The position numbers and the translations under genes were made by a program. 47,874 nt of DNA, taken from positions 1 through 47,874 of the forward strand of contig JAZABS010000049.1 in NCBI GenBank assembly GCA_036136835.1. Direction: 5' to 3'. Below, one piece after another: positions 47,690 to 47,874 of the stretch. Under the pieces are notes generated by a model that ran no database searches, was not told the origin of the DNA, and saw nothing but the letters and a program-made list of their open reading frames with translations. Within the stretch, counting starts at the first letter, position 1, and every line of letters begins with the position of its first letter. Origin of the DNA: Bacteroidota bacterium. Its GTDB lineage: Bacteria > Bacteroidota > Bacteroidia > Flavobacteriales > Flavobacteriaceae.

Positions 47690-47874
47690 TTATTCTTTTT
47701 TAGTAGAATCATCTTCTTCAGCAGGAGCCTCTTCAGCAGGAGCTTCTTCAGCAGGTGCTTCTTCAGCAGGAGCTTCTTCAGCAGGTGCTTCTTCAGCAGG
47801 AGCTTCTTCAGCAGGAGCTTCTTCAGCAGGAGCTTCTTCAGCAGGAGCTTCTTCAGCAGGAGCTTCTTCAGCAG
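47690..47874 (-). CDS. rpsP: C-terminal tail of a protein with (AEEAP)n repeats, probably 30S ribosomal protein S16 (N-terminus outside window)
   Basis: The minus-strand frame is open from the window edge to TAA at 47692-47690 and reads ...AEEAPAEEAPAEEDDSTKKE*. The call rests on rpsP-rimM synteny and the known Ala/Glu-rich S16 tails in Bacteroidota. The S16 core itself is not visible. Confidence 0.55.
   Translation of the reverse strand, partial: AEEAPAEEAPAEEAPAEEAPAEEAPAEEAPAEEAPAEEAPAEEAPAEEAPAEEDDSTKKE
47721..47874 (-). repeat. 15-nt tandem repeat, at least 10 copies, coding
   Basis: The unit gcaggagcttcttca repeats head to tail with only A/T and C/T variants, to the end of the window. 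In frame on the minus strand it encodes AEEAP. Confidence 0.95.

Noticed and set aside
47721-47874. Regular short repeat that could be mistaken for a CRISPR array or a non-coding satellite
   Set aside because: The period is only 15 nt and there are no spacers. The repeat is in frame on the minus strand, encoding AEEAP up to a stop at 47690. It sits where the rpsP C-terminus is expected, upstream of rimM.
1-47874. Scan for mobile elements, prophage, defence islands, tRNA or rRNA genes
   Set aside because: I recognised no integrase, transposase, restriction-modification, toxin-antitoxin, Cas or phage-like ORFs. No intergenic segment is long or GC-rich enough to hold a tRNA or rRNA. The window looks like core chromosome.

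Overview
This is a visibly AT-rich, very tightly packed chromosomal segment from a Flavobacteriia-type Bacteroidota genome. The lineage call rests on ssb-gldE-gldD synteny, a T9SS C-terminal sorting domain, TonB-dependent receptors, TAnnTTTG-type -7 promoter elements and the absence of Shine-Dalgarno spacing. About 55 genes fill the window. Most are housekeeping: RNase G, HU, MutY, SSB, L21/L27, GreA, TruB, UppP, FtsX, LeuS, TyrS, PckA, PyrC, TrmB, RimM and the S16 tail. I found no rRNA, tRNA, CRISPR array, integrase, transposase or recognisable defence genes. The parts that deserve a second look are: (1) a small secreted Cys/His protein plus a TonB-dependent receptor carrying two duplicated poly-His/Asp/Glu insertions, a candidate metal-capture module; (2) a TPP riboswitch driving a lone TonB-dependent receptor; (3) a DUF3127/OB-like protein ending in the same DDLPF tip as the SSB in this window; (4) a 30-codon Lys/Arg-rich ORF between hup and rng that falls below the length cut-off of the supplied ORF track; (5) tandem PPK2 paralogs; (6) a Cys-less alkyltransferase-like (ATL) protein; (7) C-terminal extensions on ribosomal proteins L21 and S16; (8) repeated convergent stop-codon overlaps that show extreme compaction. 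All functional calls come from motif and synteny recognition by eye. No database search was run.
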